Assembly: GCA_937951625.1 (NCBI GenBank)
Contig: CALFBP010000009.1
Span: 20,203 to 84,202 of the forward strand
Length of the DNA stretch: 64,000 nt
DNA from: an uncultured Thermoguttaceae bacterium
GTDB lineage: Bacteria > Planctomycetota > Planctomycetia > Pirellulales > Thermoguttaceae
Direction: 5' to 3'
Notes under the pieces: model-generated
Told to the model about the DNA's origin: nothing
Databases searched by the model: none
The model's input: only the letters and a program-made list of their open reading frames with translations
In this document: positions 1 to 10,293 of the stretch, one piece after another
Position numbering within the stretch: position 1 is the first letter of the stretch
Layout of the letters: each line of letters starts with the position of its first letter
Translations under genes and position numbers: made by a program

Positions 1-2204
1 ATCACCAGACAGGCCCCGTTGCCTAACGCCAGAAACATTTCGGCGATTGCGCCGTCGAACGAGGGCGAGAAGAACTGAAGGATCCGCCAGTCGCGCGTCA
101 CACCCAAGACGCGGCTCTGGGCGCGGACGAAATTCACGATGCCGCGATGCTCTACCAGCACTCCCTTGGGCCGGCCGGTCGAACCCGAGGTATAGATGAT
201 GTACGCGAGCCTGGGCGGCTCAGGCTTATGCTCGACGGTCGTCGTTTCGATCGGCGGCGTGCTTCCCCCGCCTGCTAGTTGCGCGTCGCCCACCGCAAAG
301 CGGCCTTCTGGCTCCAGTTCTTCGCAAGAGAGGGTCAGCAAGCGGACAGGCAGATCGGGGAGGTTCGCGGCGTTCGCCGTGTCGGTGAGTACGACCGGGG
401 CTTGGCTATCTTCCAAGAGGAAGGCCAGTCGCTGCGGGGGCAGATCGGGATCGATGGGCAGGTAGACGGCCCCGACCTTCAAGACTCCCAGCATTGCGGC
501 GATCAAATCGGGCGAGCGCGGCAGACACACGGCCACCGGGGTTTCGGCCGAAATCCCGGATCGGCGAAGCTGTCTTGCTAACTGTTCGGCCCGGCGATTC
601 AACTCCCCGTAAGTAATGTCCTGGCCATGGTAACGAATTGCAATGCGATCGGGAGCCCGGGCAACGTGCTCCTCGAACATCGCGTGGAGCGTCGGCGGCA
701 GCGGTTCATTGCTCCGGGTACCGTTGAAGCCGAACAGCACTTGGCGACGCTGGCTTTCGTCCATCAGCGGCATCCGTCGGATCGGTTGGTCGGGATCCGT
801 GGCAGCGGCTTCCAGCAACCGCAGGTAAGAACCAATCATGCGGTCGATCGTGGCCGGGTCGAACAGCGCAGTCGGGTATTCGACCGCTCCCTCGATCCGG
901 CCCGCGCGTTCTGAAAAAAAGAACGTCAGATCGTGCTTGGCAGTTCCATTGTCCACCGGGAGCGGCTCGATCGACAGGCCCGCCCGAGTAGGAATCGACA
1001 AGGGCGCGTTTTGCATGACCAGGGCTGCTTGGAAAAGCGGAGCGAGATTATGATGCCGCTCCGGATCGAGCATTTCCACGAGTTTCTCGAAGGGCAACTC
1101 TTGGTGGGCGTGGGCCTCGAGCGTGGTTTCGTGGCAGCGGTGGAGCAGCTCGCGGAAACTCGGATTTCCCGACAAATCTGCCCGCAGCACGAGCGTATTG
1201 GTAAAGAACCCGATCAAGCCTTCCAATTCACGTCGGGTGCGATTGGCCACGCCGGTCCCGACCGCTACGTCCTCCTGGCGGCAATAGCGGCTCAAAAGCA
1301 CATAATAGGCGGTCAAGAGGGTTTCGAAGAGCGTGGCTTGCTCGCCGCGAGCCAGTTGCCGCAATCGGGTCGCAAGTTCCGGCGAGAGGCTGAATCGCCG
1401 CGTCTCGCCGTCGAAGCACGGTGCGGAAGGCCGCGGCCGATCCGTGGGTAGGTCCAACGCCGTCGGGTAGTCGCCCAACCGTGATTTCCAGAAATCGAAC
1501 TCGCGCTGAAGCAGCTCGCCGGTGAGATGTTCCCGCTGCCAAGCGGCGAAATCGGCGTATTGAATCTCCAGAGGCGGCAGATTGGGCGGTTGCCCCCAAG
1601 CCAAAGCTTCGTACACAAGCGACAACTCGTGGAGCAAAACACCCATGGACCAGCCATCGGAAATGATGTGGTGCATCGTCAGGAGCACCACCCACTCTTC
1701 GTCGCCGGTCCGAAACAGGGCTGCCCGCAACAGGGGCGCGGCGCTCAGATCGAAGGGCCTTCGGGCCTCCTCACGGAGTTTTCGCTCCAGTTGGGCCTCA
1801 CGCTGGGAGTCCGGCACGTTGCGGAGGTCGTAACGCTCGACGGGAATGACGACGCTGGTGGCGATTGCCCGGCGTGGCACGCCCTTGTCGGCCGGGAAGC
1901 TGGTGCGGAGCGTCTCGTGTCGCGCGGCCAAACAATCCAAACTGCGGGCGAAAATCGCCTCGTCGAAAGGCCCGGTCAGACGAGCCGCCATCGCCATGTT
2001 GAAAAAGGGGTTCTGCGGTTGCAGCCGGTCCAGGAACCAGAGTCGCTGCTCGGCGAAGGAAAGCACCAAGGGGGCATCGGGCCGACGCCTGGGGATCGTC
2101 GGCTGCTGAGCGGCCTTGTCGCGTGCCGATGCCAGCAGCGCCTGCTCCAGCAAAGCGCGCTTCGCTGGCGAGAGCCTCCGCCACCGCTCGACCAGATCGC
2201 TCAT
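1..2204 (-). CDS. Non-ribosomal peptide synthetase, partial. It has a condensation domain followed by the N-terminal part of an adenylation domain, and the 3' end runs off the window.
   Basis: This ORF is missing from the track because it is open at the window edge. I translated it by hand from the ATG at 2204-2202, which overlaps the TGA of the upstream NRPS gene as ATGA. The translation starts MSDLVERWRRLSPAKRALLEQ...LSFAEQRLWFLDRLQP...LLTMHHIISDGWSMGVL, which contains the C-domain HHxxxDG motif. The same frame reads IIYTSGSTGRPKG (A3 core) at about 162-200. Confidence 0.85.
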   Translation of the reverse strand, partial: MSDLVERWRRLSPAKRALLEQALLASARDKAAQQPTIPRRRPDAPLVLSFAEQRLWFLDRLQPQNPFFNMAMAARLTGPFDEAIFARSLDCLAARHETLRTSFPADKGVPRRAIATSVVIPVERYDLRNVPDSQREAQLERKLREEARRPFDLSAAPLLRAALFRTGDEEWVVLLTMHHIISDGWSMGVLLHELSLVYEALAWGQPPNLPPLEIQYADFAAWQREHLTGELLQREFDFWKSRLGDYPTALDLPTDRPRPSAPCFDGETRRFSLSPELATRLRQLARGEQATLFETLLTAYYVLLSRYCRQEDVAVGTGVANRTRRELEGLIGFFTNTLVLRADLSGNPSFRELLHRCHETTLEAHAHQELPFEKLVEMLDPERHHNLAPLFQAALVMQNAPLSIPTRAGLSIEPLPVDNGTAKHDLTFFFSERAGRIEGAVEYPTALFDPATIDRMIGSYLRLLEAAATDPDQPIRRMPLMDESQRRQVLFGFNGTRSNEPLPPTLHAMFEEHVARAPDRIAIRYHGQDITYGELNRRAEQLARQLRRSGISAETPVAVCLPRSPDLIAAMLGVLKVGAVYLPIDPDLPPQRLAFLLEDSQAPVVLTDTANAANLPDLPVRLLTLSCEELEPEGRFAVGDAQLAGGGSTPPIETTTVEHKPEPPRLAYIIYTSGSTGRPKGVLVEHRGIVNFVRAQSRVLGVTRDWRILQFFSPSFDGAIAEMFLALGNGACLV

Positions 2205-5200
2205 GGGAGTTTGCCCACAGCTTCTGCCGCTCGGCCCGACTCCAGAAAACGCCGCGCCTCGTCGTCCGACATCTGTTCGAGTCGCTCGAGTGTCCGGGCC
2301 ACGACCTCCCCCGGTTCCCGCGCGAATTGTTCGAGCACGATCGCCTCGGCCACACCCGCTACGGTCGGGCGTTCGAAAAGCGTCTTCAACGGCAGTTCGA
2401 CCTGGCACATTTCCCGCAGGCGGGAGATCATCTGCGTGGCTAGCAGGGAATGTCCGCCGAGTTCGAAAAAGTTATCGTCCCGTCCCACGCGATCCACGCC
2501 AAGCACCTCGGCCCATAACGCGGCGATGGCCTGCTCCAAGGGCGTGCAGGGCGCGACGTAGGTGGCGGTTCCTGCTGAGCGGTCTAGCCCTCGACGGGCA
2601 AGCGAATGGAGGTCCACTTTGCCAGCCGGGGTCCGCGGTAGGGAATCCAATATCACGAACGCCGCGGGGATCATGGCGTCGGGCAAACGCAAAGCGAGAA
2701 AGCTGCGCAAGGCCTCCGGCGAAAGCGTGAGCGGTCTTTCCTCACAAGACCGCGTGGAATCGGCGGTGGGGTCAGGTAGCCCGGGCTTTGAAACCGGCAC
2801 CACGTAGGCGACCAGGCGTTCCGAGCCGCTGGCATCGCGCTGAGCAACGACGGCAACCTCGGCGACCCCGGGATGGGCTGCCAGCGCGGTTTCAATCTCG
2901 CTTGGCTCCACGCGAAATCCGCGGACCTTCACCTGCCGGTCCAGCCGCCCGAGAAATTCCAACACTCCATCGCGGCGCCACCGCACGCGATCCCCGGTGC
3001 GATAGAGCCGCCCGGGGCGATTCCCGAAGTCAACGCTTCCACTCGGGCCGCAAGGCGCACAATTCAAACCATGGCCGCGCGCAGCCCCGCACCATTCAAC
3101 CTCGACAAACCGCTCCGCCGTGAGCTTGGGGCGGTTCCAATAGCCTTGGGCGAGGCCTGAGCCTCCGATGTAAAGTTCGCCGGGCACGCCGATGGGCACG
3201 GGCAACCGGCGCTGATCGAGCACAAAAACTTGCGTGTTGGCGATCGGGCGGCCAATGGGCAAGAATCCATCGCCTAGGTCGGCCGACGTAACGCGATGCA
3301 CGGTAGACCAGACGGTGGTTTCCGTGGGGCCGTAAACGTTCCAAAGCTCGCCAGCCGCAAAGAGCTGCGAGGCCAATTCCGCCGAAAGGGCCTCGCCGCC
3401 GCAGAACAGTCGCTGGCCTGGCCGGGGGCGCCAACCCGTGGATAACAACATCCGGAACGTCGACGGCGTGGCCTGAATCACATTCACGCCCTCTTGCTCG
3501 ATCAACTCCGCCAACCGCCACCCATCCGTGGTTATTTCCCGCGGCGCCATCACCACCCGCGCCCCAACGGCAAGCGGCAGGAAAATCTCACACACGGCAA
3601 TGTCGAAAGAAATCGTGGTCAACGCCAAGACCGTTTCGTGGGCACCAAGCCCCGGCATTTGGGCAAACGCCGCCAGGAAGTTGACGACCGCGCGGTGGGG
3701 GATCATCACGCCCTTCGGCTCGCCCGTCGAACCCGAGGTGTAGATCAAATAGGCCAGATCCTCGCCGGAAACGTCCGCGGGCAGCGGATCAGCGCTTTGG
3801 GCGTCGACGGCCTCGCGAGCTTGGTCGAGGCGGATGATGCGAAGCGCACTGCCTCCGGAGCGCTCGATCCCATCGAGCTCTGGCGTCTGTGCAGCCCAGT
3901 CGAGTTGTCCGGGGCCATCGGAAAGGACCCACCGCAAGCCGCTATCAGCGGTCATGAAGGCCAATCGCTTGGCGGGCAAGGCCGGATCGAGCGGCACATA
4001 GGCCGCCCCGGCCTTGAGCACGGCCAGCATCGCCGCGATCAAACCTGGCGAGCGTTGCAGACAGATACCAACACGCTCGCCCCGAGCCACGCCCAAAGCG
4101 CGGAGATAGCGTGCCAAGCGGTTGGACTGGCGGTCCAATTCGCGGTACGTCGTGCTGCGCCCCATGAAAACAATCGCTGGGGCGTCTGGCGAAAGTGCCG
4201 CCTGGCGTTCGAACGTCTGAGGAATGGTTTCTGCTGGCAGACCCGGTCGGGCCGTCGCGTTCCACTCGACGAGCAGGCGGTGGCGTTCGCGGAAAGAGGG
4301 CACCGGCAGTTCGGCGAGCCGCAGCGAAGAATCGGCAGCCACCGTCTCGAGCACCGCGAACAGCGAATCGAGCATCCGTTCGATTGTTTCCGGTGCGAAC
4401 CAGGCTTTGTTGTAGGCCAGCGTTACCACCACTTCGGAGCCGCGCGGTTCCACGACCAGGGTCAGGTCGAAGGCGGCCAGCCCCGAGTAATCGACGTGGA
4501 CCTCCTTGAGCAACACCCCATCCATCATTCCGACCGGGGCCACCGGGGATTGGTAGATGAACATCGCCTGAACCAGTGGCGGACGGCCAGGCACGCGGGT
4601 CGGCGAAAGGGCCTCGATCAATTTCTCGAAGGGGACCTCGGCATGGGCAAGGTCCGCCAAGGTCTTGCGCCGCACCCTTTGCAGCAATTCCACGAAGCTT
4701 GGATTTCCCGACAGGTCGCAACGCAAAACAACCGTGTTGACAAAGCACCCTACCAACGGTTCCAGCTCTGGACGAGGGCGGTTGGCCACGGGCGTGCCTA
4801 CGCACAAGTCCTCGGTGGCCGCATAGCGGCCCAACAAAGCGCAGAACGCGCTGAGCCAAACCATGAAGGGCGTGCATCCCTGCTGGCGGCCCAATGTCTC
4901 CAAGCTGCGGACAAGGGCCGCGGAGAGCTGCCGCGAGCAAGCCCCGCCCTCCCAAGGAACTGTGGTCTGCCGAGGATGATCGGTGGGAAGCTCCAGCGTC
5001 TGGGGAGCGTCGCGCAATCGCTCTTTCCAATAGGCGATGCCTTTCTCAAGACGCTGACCGGTAAGTCGCTGGCGCTGCCAATGAACATAATCGACGTACT
5101 GCACGGGAAGCGGGGGCAGCGCGGGCGAGGTTCCATGTCGCGAGGCAGCGTAGACGGCTGCAACCTCGCGCAACAGCACTTCCAGAGACCAACCGTCGCA

Positions 5201-7750
5201 GACGATGTGGTGCAGCACGAAAAAGGCCACATACTCGCGTTGGCCCAGCCGCACCAAGGTCACGTGAAAGGACTTCCCCCTTTCCAGGTCGAGGCGACGT
5301 CGCGGCATGTGCTGGGCCATTTGCTCCAAGCGCTCGGCCCGCTGCTGAGGCGGAAATTCGCGGAGATCGATCTCCTCCCAAGAGAAACTGTCGCTACCGG
5401 AAACCTCCTGCCAAAGACGGCCGTTGTGCTCGACGAACCGCGTGCGCAACACCTCGTGTCGGGCGACGACGGCCTGGATTGCTCTGCGCAGGGCCGGGGC
5501 ATCCAAGTCCCCATCCAAGCGGACCGCTAACGGCACTACGGCCGATGGCGTGCCCAGGGCGATCCGCTCCCACAACCAAAGCCGTTCCTGGGCAAAGGAT
5601 AAGGGCTGAAGACCACTGCGCGAACCGGGCGGCAGCGATCGAAGCGATAGCCCGTCGTCGCTGGGGCCGCGATCCGTGCCAGCCAGAAAGCGACGTTGGT
5701 CCACTACCTGCGCAAGCCCCGAGAGCGTCGAGCGTTCGAACAGTTCCTCCAGCGGCAATTCGATATTCCATTCGGCCTGGATCCGCGCAGCAAGCCTCAC
5801 GGCAGGCAGCGAATGCCCGCCCATGGCGAAAAAATCATCGTCCCGCCGTCGTGGTGGCTGGCCAAGGACCTCGGCCCAGATGCGGGCGAGCCGTTGTTCC
5901 GTATTCGTGGCGAACGCGTCTTGCGGTGTCGTTTCGCCCCCCCGGGCTGACAACGCGGCATCGTCCTCATGCAGCCAGGTGGCGACGGTGTGCAATTGGC
6001 CGCGGAGGAACAACTCGCGGCAGCGGGTACGTCGCGTTTTGCCACTGGAAGTCTTGGGCAGCGTACCGGCGCGGATCAACACCACCGCTTCGGGACACAA
6101 TTCGTATTCCTCGGCCAGCTCTCGCCGCACCGCACGCAGGACCTCGTCGAGGTTCCATCGCTTGGGGCGAACGATCTCATGGACCACGACGAGTCGCTCT
6201 CGGCCCTCCCGTTCCACGCTGAAGGCCGCTCCGCCGTCGGGTTTCAAGGCGGGATGAGCGCGTTGGACGGTGCGCTCGATGTCGTGCGGATAATAATTGC
6301 GCCCCCCAAGGATGATCAACTCCTTGAGCCGCCCCGTGACAAACAATTCGCCCTCGTAGAGGAATCCCAGGTCGCCGGTGCGGAGATACGGTTTGCCGGG
6401 CTCGTCGGCTAGCTCGGCGTAGAACACTTCCTGCGTCTCCGCGGGGCGATTCCAGTAGCCCAAGCCTACGCTCGGACTGCGGACCCAGATTTCGCCCACG
6501 CGGCCATACGGCAAAAGTCGCCTGGTTTTGGGATCGACCACGGCGATCTCGCCATCGGGGATGGGTTGTCCGCAGCCCACCAAACGACGTACTTGGCCCG
6601 GGCATGTTGTCGCGCTTCCCACGGCTTCCACACGGTGATGCAACAGGGCCCCGGCGGCGAAAACGCGGATCACTGGCGGGGTTTCGCGGCGTCCGCCGGT
6701 GACCGCCAAGACCGACTCCGCCATGCCGTAGCCCGGCAAAAACGCCTCCGGCCGGAAGCCGTAAGGTGCGAACGCCTCGGTAAAACGTTCGATCGTTTCT
6801 GCGCGGACGGGCTCGGCGCCGCTGACCACGGCCGTCCATGAACTCAGGTCCAAGCCTTCACACTCGCTGGGCGAGATTTTTTGAAGGCACAATTCGAAAG
6901 CGAAATTCGGGCCGCCGCTGGTGCGACCGCGATACTTCGACATCGCCCAAAGCCATCGCACTGGCCGCTGCATGAACGCCAAGGGCGACATCAACACGCT
7001 ACGGCGGCCGCTATAAACGGCCAAAAGAATGCCCCCGATCAGGCCCATGTCGTGATAGGGCGGAAGCCAACACACGCCGCCTACTCCTTCGGTGTCTACG
7101 CGGTGCATGGAGGCCAGATTGTGCATGATGTTGGCGTGGCTCAGCATCACGCCCCGCGGCGAACCGGTCGAGCCCGACGTGTATTGCACCAATGCCGTCG
7201 CCTGGGGGTCGAACATTGGCGGCTGCCAAGCGGATTCCTCGCCCACCGGGATCGACTCGATCGAAATCGCCTCCACGTGGGTCCAATGGGCGATTGGACC
7301 GCGGGCGTAGGCCAAAATCTCCTCCGAGGTGAGCACGTACCGGGCTTGGGCGTCTTGGCAGATGGCTTGCAGCCGTGGAAAGGTGCGGTCCATACGGAAA
7401 GGGTCGGGCGGATAGGCGGGGACAGCCAACGCCCCAGCGTAAAAACAACCGAATACCGCCGCGACGTAATCCAGCCCGGGCGAGAACAACAGCAGCACCC
7501 GTTCTCCTGGCGCACCCCGGGCCTGTAAATGCGCGGCGATCGCGCGGGCTCGGGCGTCCAAGTCGCGAAACGAAAGGTGCCCCCCCTCGCTTTCGCCATC
7601 GGCAAGAAACGTAAAGATTAGCTCGTCGGCCTGGTGTTCGGCCCGCCAACGCGTTACATCGACCAGAGTACGGAGGTGGTTCGGAGGGCCGGGCGGACCA
7701 TACCAGGCGTCGCGCGGTGGTGCGAAAACCCGTTGCTTTGCACGATTCAT
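2201..7750 (-). CDS. Non-ribosomal peptide synthetase loading/first module with the domain order FAAL - T - C - A - T.
   Basis: 1849 aa. The N-terminus resembles a fatty acyl-AMP ligase (LVQYTSGSTGSPRGVMLSHANI, YLRTGDLGF). The first carrier domain has FFAMGGHSLPAVRL. The C domain has HHIVCDGWS. The A domain has LAYLIYTSGSTGEPKGV, NVYGPTETT, GELYIGGSGLAQGY, YRTGD and VKVRGFRVE. The second carrier domain has FFELGGHSLLATQM. Confidence 0.9.
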   Translation of the reverse strand: MNRAKQRVFAPPRDAWYGPPGPPNHLRTLVDVTRWRAEHQADELIFTFLADGESEGGHLSFRDLDARARAIAAHLQARGAPGERVLLLFSPGLDYVAAVFGCFYAGALAVPAYPPDPFRMDRTFPRLQAICQDAQARYVLTSEEILAYARGPIAHWTHVEAISIESIPVGEESAWQPPMFDPQATALVQYTSGSTGSPRGVMLSHANIMHNLASMHRVDTEGVGGVCWLPPYHDMGLIGGILLAVYSGRRSVLMSPLAFMQRPVRWLWAMSKYRGRTSGGPNFAFELCLQKISPSECEGLDLSSWTAVVSGAEPVRAETIERFTEAFAPYGFRPEAFLPGYGMAESVLAVTGGRRETPPVIRVFAAGALLHHRVEAVGSATTCPGQVRRLVGCGQPIPDGEIAVVDPKTRRLLPYGRVGEIWVRSPSVGLGYWNRPAETQEVFYAELADEPGKPYLRTGDLGFLYEGELFVTGRLKELIILGGRNYYPHDIERTVQRAHPALKPDGGAAFSVEREGRERLVVVHEIVRPKRWNLDEVLRAVRRELAEEYELCPEAVVLIRAGTLPKTSSGKTRRTRCRELFLRGQLHTVATWLHEDDAALSARGGETTPQDAFATNTEQRLARIWAEVLGQPPRRRDDDFFAMGGHSLPAVRLAARIQAEWNIELPLEELFERSTLSGLAQVVDQRRFLAGTDRGPSDDGLSLRSLPPGSRSGLQPLSFAQERLWLWERIALGTPSAVVPLAVRLDGDLDAPALRRAIQAVVARHEVLRTRFVEHNGRLWQEVSGSDSFSWEEIDLREFPPQQRAERLEQMAQHMPRRRLDLERGKSFHVTLVRLGQREYVAFFVLHHIVCDGWSLEVLLREVAAVYAASRHGTSPALPPLPVQYVDYVHWQRQRLTGQRLEKGIAYWKERLRDAPQTLELPTDHPRQTTVPWEGGACSRQLSAALVRSLETLGRQQGCTPFMVWLSAFCALLGRYAATEDLCVGTPVANRPRPELEPLVGCFVNTVVLRCDLSGNPSFVELLQRVRRKTLADLAHAEVPFEKLIEALSPTRVPGRPPLVQAMFIYQSPVAPVGMMDGVLLKEVHVDYSGLAAFDLTLVVEPRGSEVVVTLAYNKAWFAPETIERMLDSLFAVLETVAADSSLRLAELPVPSFRERHRLLVEWNATARPGLPAETIPQTFERQAALSPDAPAIVFMGRSTTYRELDRQSNRLARYLRALGVARGERVGICLQRSPGLIAAMLAVLKAGAAYVPLDPALPAKRLAFMTADSGLRWVLSDGPGQLDWAAQTPELDGIERSGGSALRIIRLDQAREAVDAQSADPLPADVSGEDLAYLIYTSGSTGEPKGVMIPHRAVVNFLAAFAQMPGLGAHETVLALTTISFDIAVCEIFLPLAVGARVVMAPREITTDGWRLAELIEQEGVNVIQATPSTFRMLLSTGWRPRPGQRLFCGGEALSAELASQLFAAGELWNVYGPTETTVWSTVHRVTSADLGDGFLPIGRPIANTQVFVLDQRRLPVPIGVPGELYIGGSGLAQGYWNRPKLTAERFVEVEWCGAARGHGLNCAPCGPSGSVDFGNRPGRLYRTGDRVRWRRDGVLEFLGRLDRQVKVRGFRVEPSEIETALAAHPGVAEVAVVAQRDASGSERLVAYVVPVSKPGLPDPTADSTRSCEERPLTLSPEALRSFLALRLPDAMIPAAFVILDSLPRTPAGKVDLHSLARRGLDRSAGTATYVAPCTPLEQAIAALWAEVLGVDRVGRDDNFFELGGHSLLATQMISRLREMCQVELPLKTLFERPTVAGVAEAIVLEQFAREPGEVVARTLERLEQMSDDEARRFLESGRAAEAVGKLP

Positions 7751-7945
7751 CGGAAACGCCGGTTCACACGACAGGCCTCCTTGCGTTTTTTCGTTTTCCC
7801 TGGCCGCTGCAAGATAACTACATAAGATACTTTCGGGAAATTCGGGCCATGTTTCCAGAACGGCCCATGCTTCTCAACATGACTGGCATATAGCGGTAAG
7901 TTAGATATTATCGGAAATACGGGCAGATTTCTAGGAGTGGGGGCC

Positions 7946-8902
7946 ATGTGGGCGTACCCAGCACGCTGGATGGTGCGAAGCGGGGCCCTGATTGCTGCCT
8001 TGACGCTGGGGCCGACGCTTTCGTGTAGCGATTTCTCGACCACGCCTGGGCAGCCCTCGACGGCCGAACATGACGATTTTGTCGATGTTCGGGCCGTGCC
8101 GCTGGAACGGATTCGACCGGGAACAGTGATTGGAGATACAGCCCCCACGGGCTGGACTCACCTGATTTTCAAGACCCGCTCCCGTTTGGCCAGCGGAGAC
8201 CTCGACGCTTTGCCCTCTTGGTCGGCCGAACTCAGCAGCTTTTTATGCACCGTGCTGGTCGCCAAAGCAAGCCGGGCGGCTTCGCCCGCCGGCGCCGGTT
8301 ACCGGTTGGAATCGCTTGCCATCGGGCTAGGCACGCGGATCGGCCAGGACGACGTGATCATCTCCAGCGATACCCAACAGGGCCTTGGCGCGAACTTGGG
8401 ACCAATCAAGCGGATCATCCTCAGCCAAGCTGAGGATCGGCTCAATCAAGTGCTCCGCGTCGCTCGGACGGACACCTTGATCGTCTTCGACGCGCCGCAA
8501 ACCATGCTGACCGAGGGGCGGCATCAACTGGTCGTCTTTCGTTACGCCGTGCTAGTGAATCCTAGCGACGGCCGATTGGCGACTCTCGTCTGGCGGCTCG
8601 ACCGCGGCCGCGATGGGCAGGATCGATTGCATCCCGAGCCTGCGGTGCTGATGAAACCCAACCTGGTGACCCTGTGCGACTTGCACGTGGACAAACGGGA
8701 ATTCACGGCGGGCATCCCCACGTCGCGGGCCTTTGCCACGATGCGATTACCACTCGGCGACCCTTTTCCAATGCCCCAGGCAATTCGTGCGGCAGCCGCA
8801 AAGAAACAGCTCACGGAAGCGATGGTCCGCAGCTTGGAAGCAGCCCTCCGCCAAGCCGTTTTCCTAACGCAGCATGCGATCAAGGAAAACCCGCAGCAGT
8901 AG
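7946..8902 (+). CDS. Hypothetical secreted protein or lipoprotein.
   Basis: The track ORF is 7937..8902 and starts at a GTG. An ATG at 7946 lies 8 nt after a GGAG. The N-terminus has a hydrophobic stretch ending LTLGPTLSC, which is lipobox-like. I recognise no family. Confidence 0.4.
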   Translation: MWAYPARWMVRSGALIAALTLGPTLSCSDFSTTPGQPSTAEHDDFVDVRAVPLERIRPGTVIGDTAPTGWTHLIFKTRSRLASGDLDALPSWSAELSSFLCTVLVAKASRAASPAGAGYRLESLAIGLGTRIGQDDVIISSDTQQGLGANLGPIKRIILSQAEDRLNQVLRVARTDTLIVFDAPQTMLTEGRHQLVVFRYAVLVNPSDGRLATLVWRLDRGRDGQDRLHPEPAVLMKPNLVTLCDLHVDKREFTAGIPTSRAFATMRLPLGDPFPMPQAIRAAAAKKQLTEAMVRSLEAALRQAVFLTQHAIKENPQQ

Positions 8903-8972
8903 ATTTCGATTTCGGGGACCGAAGACGGCGAAAAGGGGCAGCGCAAGGCTGTTCTGCGGCGGAGCGACCGCG

Positions 8973-9533
8973 TCAGGTCTCCATGACTTCTTTTTCTCGG
9001 GCCTTGGCCAAATCGTTGGCCTGGGCCTCATAATTCTTCGTAAGTTCTTGGATCTGCTCCTTGACCGAATCGCGCTGGTCCTCGGAGAGTTCTTTGTCCT
9101 TTTCCGCTTGGTCGGCCAGCTTGTTCGCGTCGCGGCGGATGTTGCGGATGGCGACTTTGGCCTCTTCGCACAACTCGCGCACGCGGCCAACCAGTTTGCG
9201 GCGGACCTCCATCGACAAGGGCGGCACGTTCAGCCGAATCACCCGGCCGTCGCTCTGCGGATTGAAACCCAAGTCGCTGGCTTGAATCGCCTTCTCGATA
9301 TCCTTGATGGTGTTTGGGTCGAAGGGTCGAATGACGATCTGGGTCGGTTCTGGGGCCCCCACCGTGGCCAATTGCTTGATGGGGACCGACGAACCATAGA
9401 CCTCGACCCGCAGTGAATCGACCAATCCCGGATTGGCCCGGCCCGTGCGAATCCCCGCCAGCGCTTGCTTCAGCACAGCGATGGCCTTTTCCATGCGTTC
9501 TTCGGCGTCGAGAAGGATTTCGTCTTCGGTCAT
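8973..9533 (-). CDS. frr: Ribosome recycling factor.
   Basis: 186 aa. The full length looks like Frr (MEKAIAVLKQALAGIRTGRANPGLVDSLRVEVYG...IRLNVPPLSMEVRRKLV...IRNIRRDANK). It sits in the conserved rpsB-tsf-pyrH-frr order. Confidence 0.95.
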   Translation of the reverse strand: MTEDEILLDAEERMEKAIAVLKQALAGIRTGRANPGLVDSLRVEVYGSSVPIKQLATVGAPEPTQIVIRPFDPNTIKDIEKAIQASDLGFNPQSDGRVIRLNVPPLSMEVRRKLVGRVRELCEEAKVAIRNIRRDANKLADQAEKDKELSEDQRDSVKEQIQELTKNYEAQANDLAKAREKEVMET

Positions 9534-9536
9534 GGC

Positions 9537-10289
9537 TCACTGGCATCCCCGGCTGACCCACGTGCCGACGCGTTCGCCACGGACGGCACGCTCAATGTGG
9601 TCGGCCTTCTTGAAATTGAACACCAAAATCGGCAGGTTGTATTGTTGGCACTTGGTGACCGACTCGAAGTCCATCACCCGCAGATTTTGCCGTCGCACGT
9701 CGTCATACGTCAGTTCGCTGTACAGGACGGCGTGGGGGTTTTTCTCCGGGTCGTCGCTATAGATACCGTCGACGCGGGTGGCCTTGAGGAGGACATCGGC
9801 CTCGAGTTCCAAGGCCCGTTGGGCGGCGGCCGTGTCGGTGGTCACGAAGGGGCTACCCGTGCCGCCGGCCAGAAGCACGATGCGGCCCTTTTCCAGATGT
9901 CGGGAAGCGCGGCGGCGGATATACGGCTCTGCCACCCCGTCCATCCGGATGGCGGTCAAAAGGCGGGTATCGCAACCCAGCGACTCGAGGGCGTCTTGGA
10001 GCGCTAAGCCGTTGATCACGGTGGCCAACATACCCATGTAATGGGCCGTGGCCTCGCGGATGGCGGTGTTGCCCGCCTTGAACTGCGCGCCGCGGAGGAT
10101 GTTTCCCCCGCCCAACACAATCGCAATTTGCACCTGAAAGCGGGAGGCCCGATGAATCTGTTGGGCCAAGGGGAGCACGGCGTCCATGGCGATGCCGCGC
10201 TCGCCGCGATGGCAGAATCCCTCGCCGGAGATTTTCAGCACCACGCGCCGATAGCGCGGCGTCGCGTCGAGCACCGTCGCTTCCGCCAT
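9537..10289 (-). CDS. pyrH: UMP kinase.
   Basis: 250 aa. Motifs seen are [22 protein letters not shown] and [24 protein letters not shown]. It lies between tsf and frr. Confidence 0.95.
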   Translation of the reverse strand: MAEATVLDATPRYRRVVLKISGEGFCHRGERGIAMDAVLPLAQQIHRASRFQVQIAIVLGGGNILRGAQFKAGNTAIREATAHYMGMLATVINGLALQDALESLGCDTRLLTAIRMDGVAEPYIRRRASRHLEKGRIVLLAGGTGSPFVTTDTAAAQRALELEADVLLKATRVDGIYSDDPEKNPHAVLYSELTYDDVRRQNLRVMDFESVTKCQQYNLPILVFNFKKADHIERAVRGERVGTWVSRGCQ

Positions 10290-10293
10290 GAGG

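Noticed and set aside
3494-5530. A long antisense 'shadow' ORF of 678 aa opposite the NRPS gene. Similar ones occur at 12400-14007, 14035-15270, 16660-17970, 19483-20952, 27337-28623, 40986-42719, 46100-47881 and 55728-56813.
   Set aside because: - Each overlaps a gene with strong family motifs on the other strand.
- All have the Arg/Gly/Pro/Ala-rich, low-information composition typical of non-coding frames in high-G+C DNA.
- None carries a motif I recognise.
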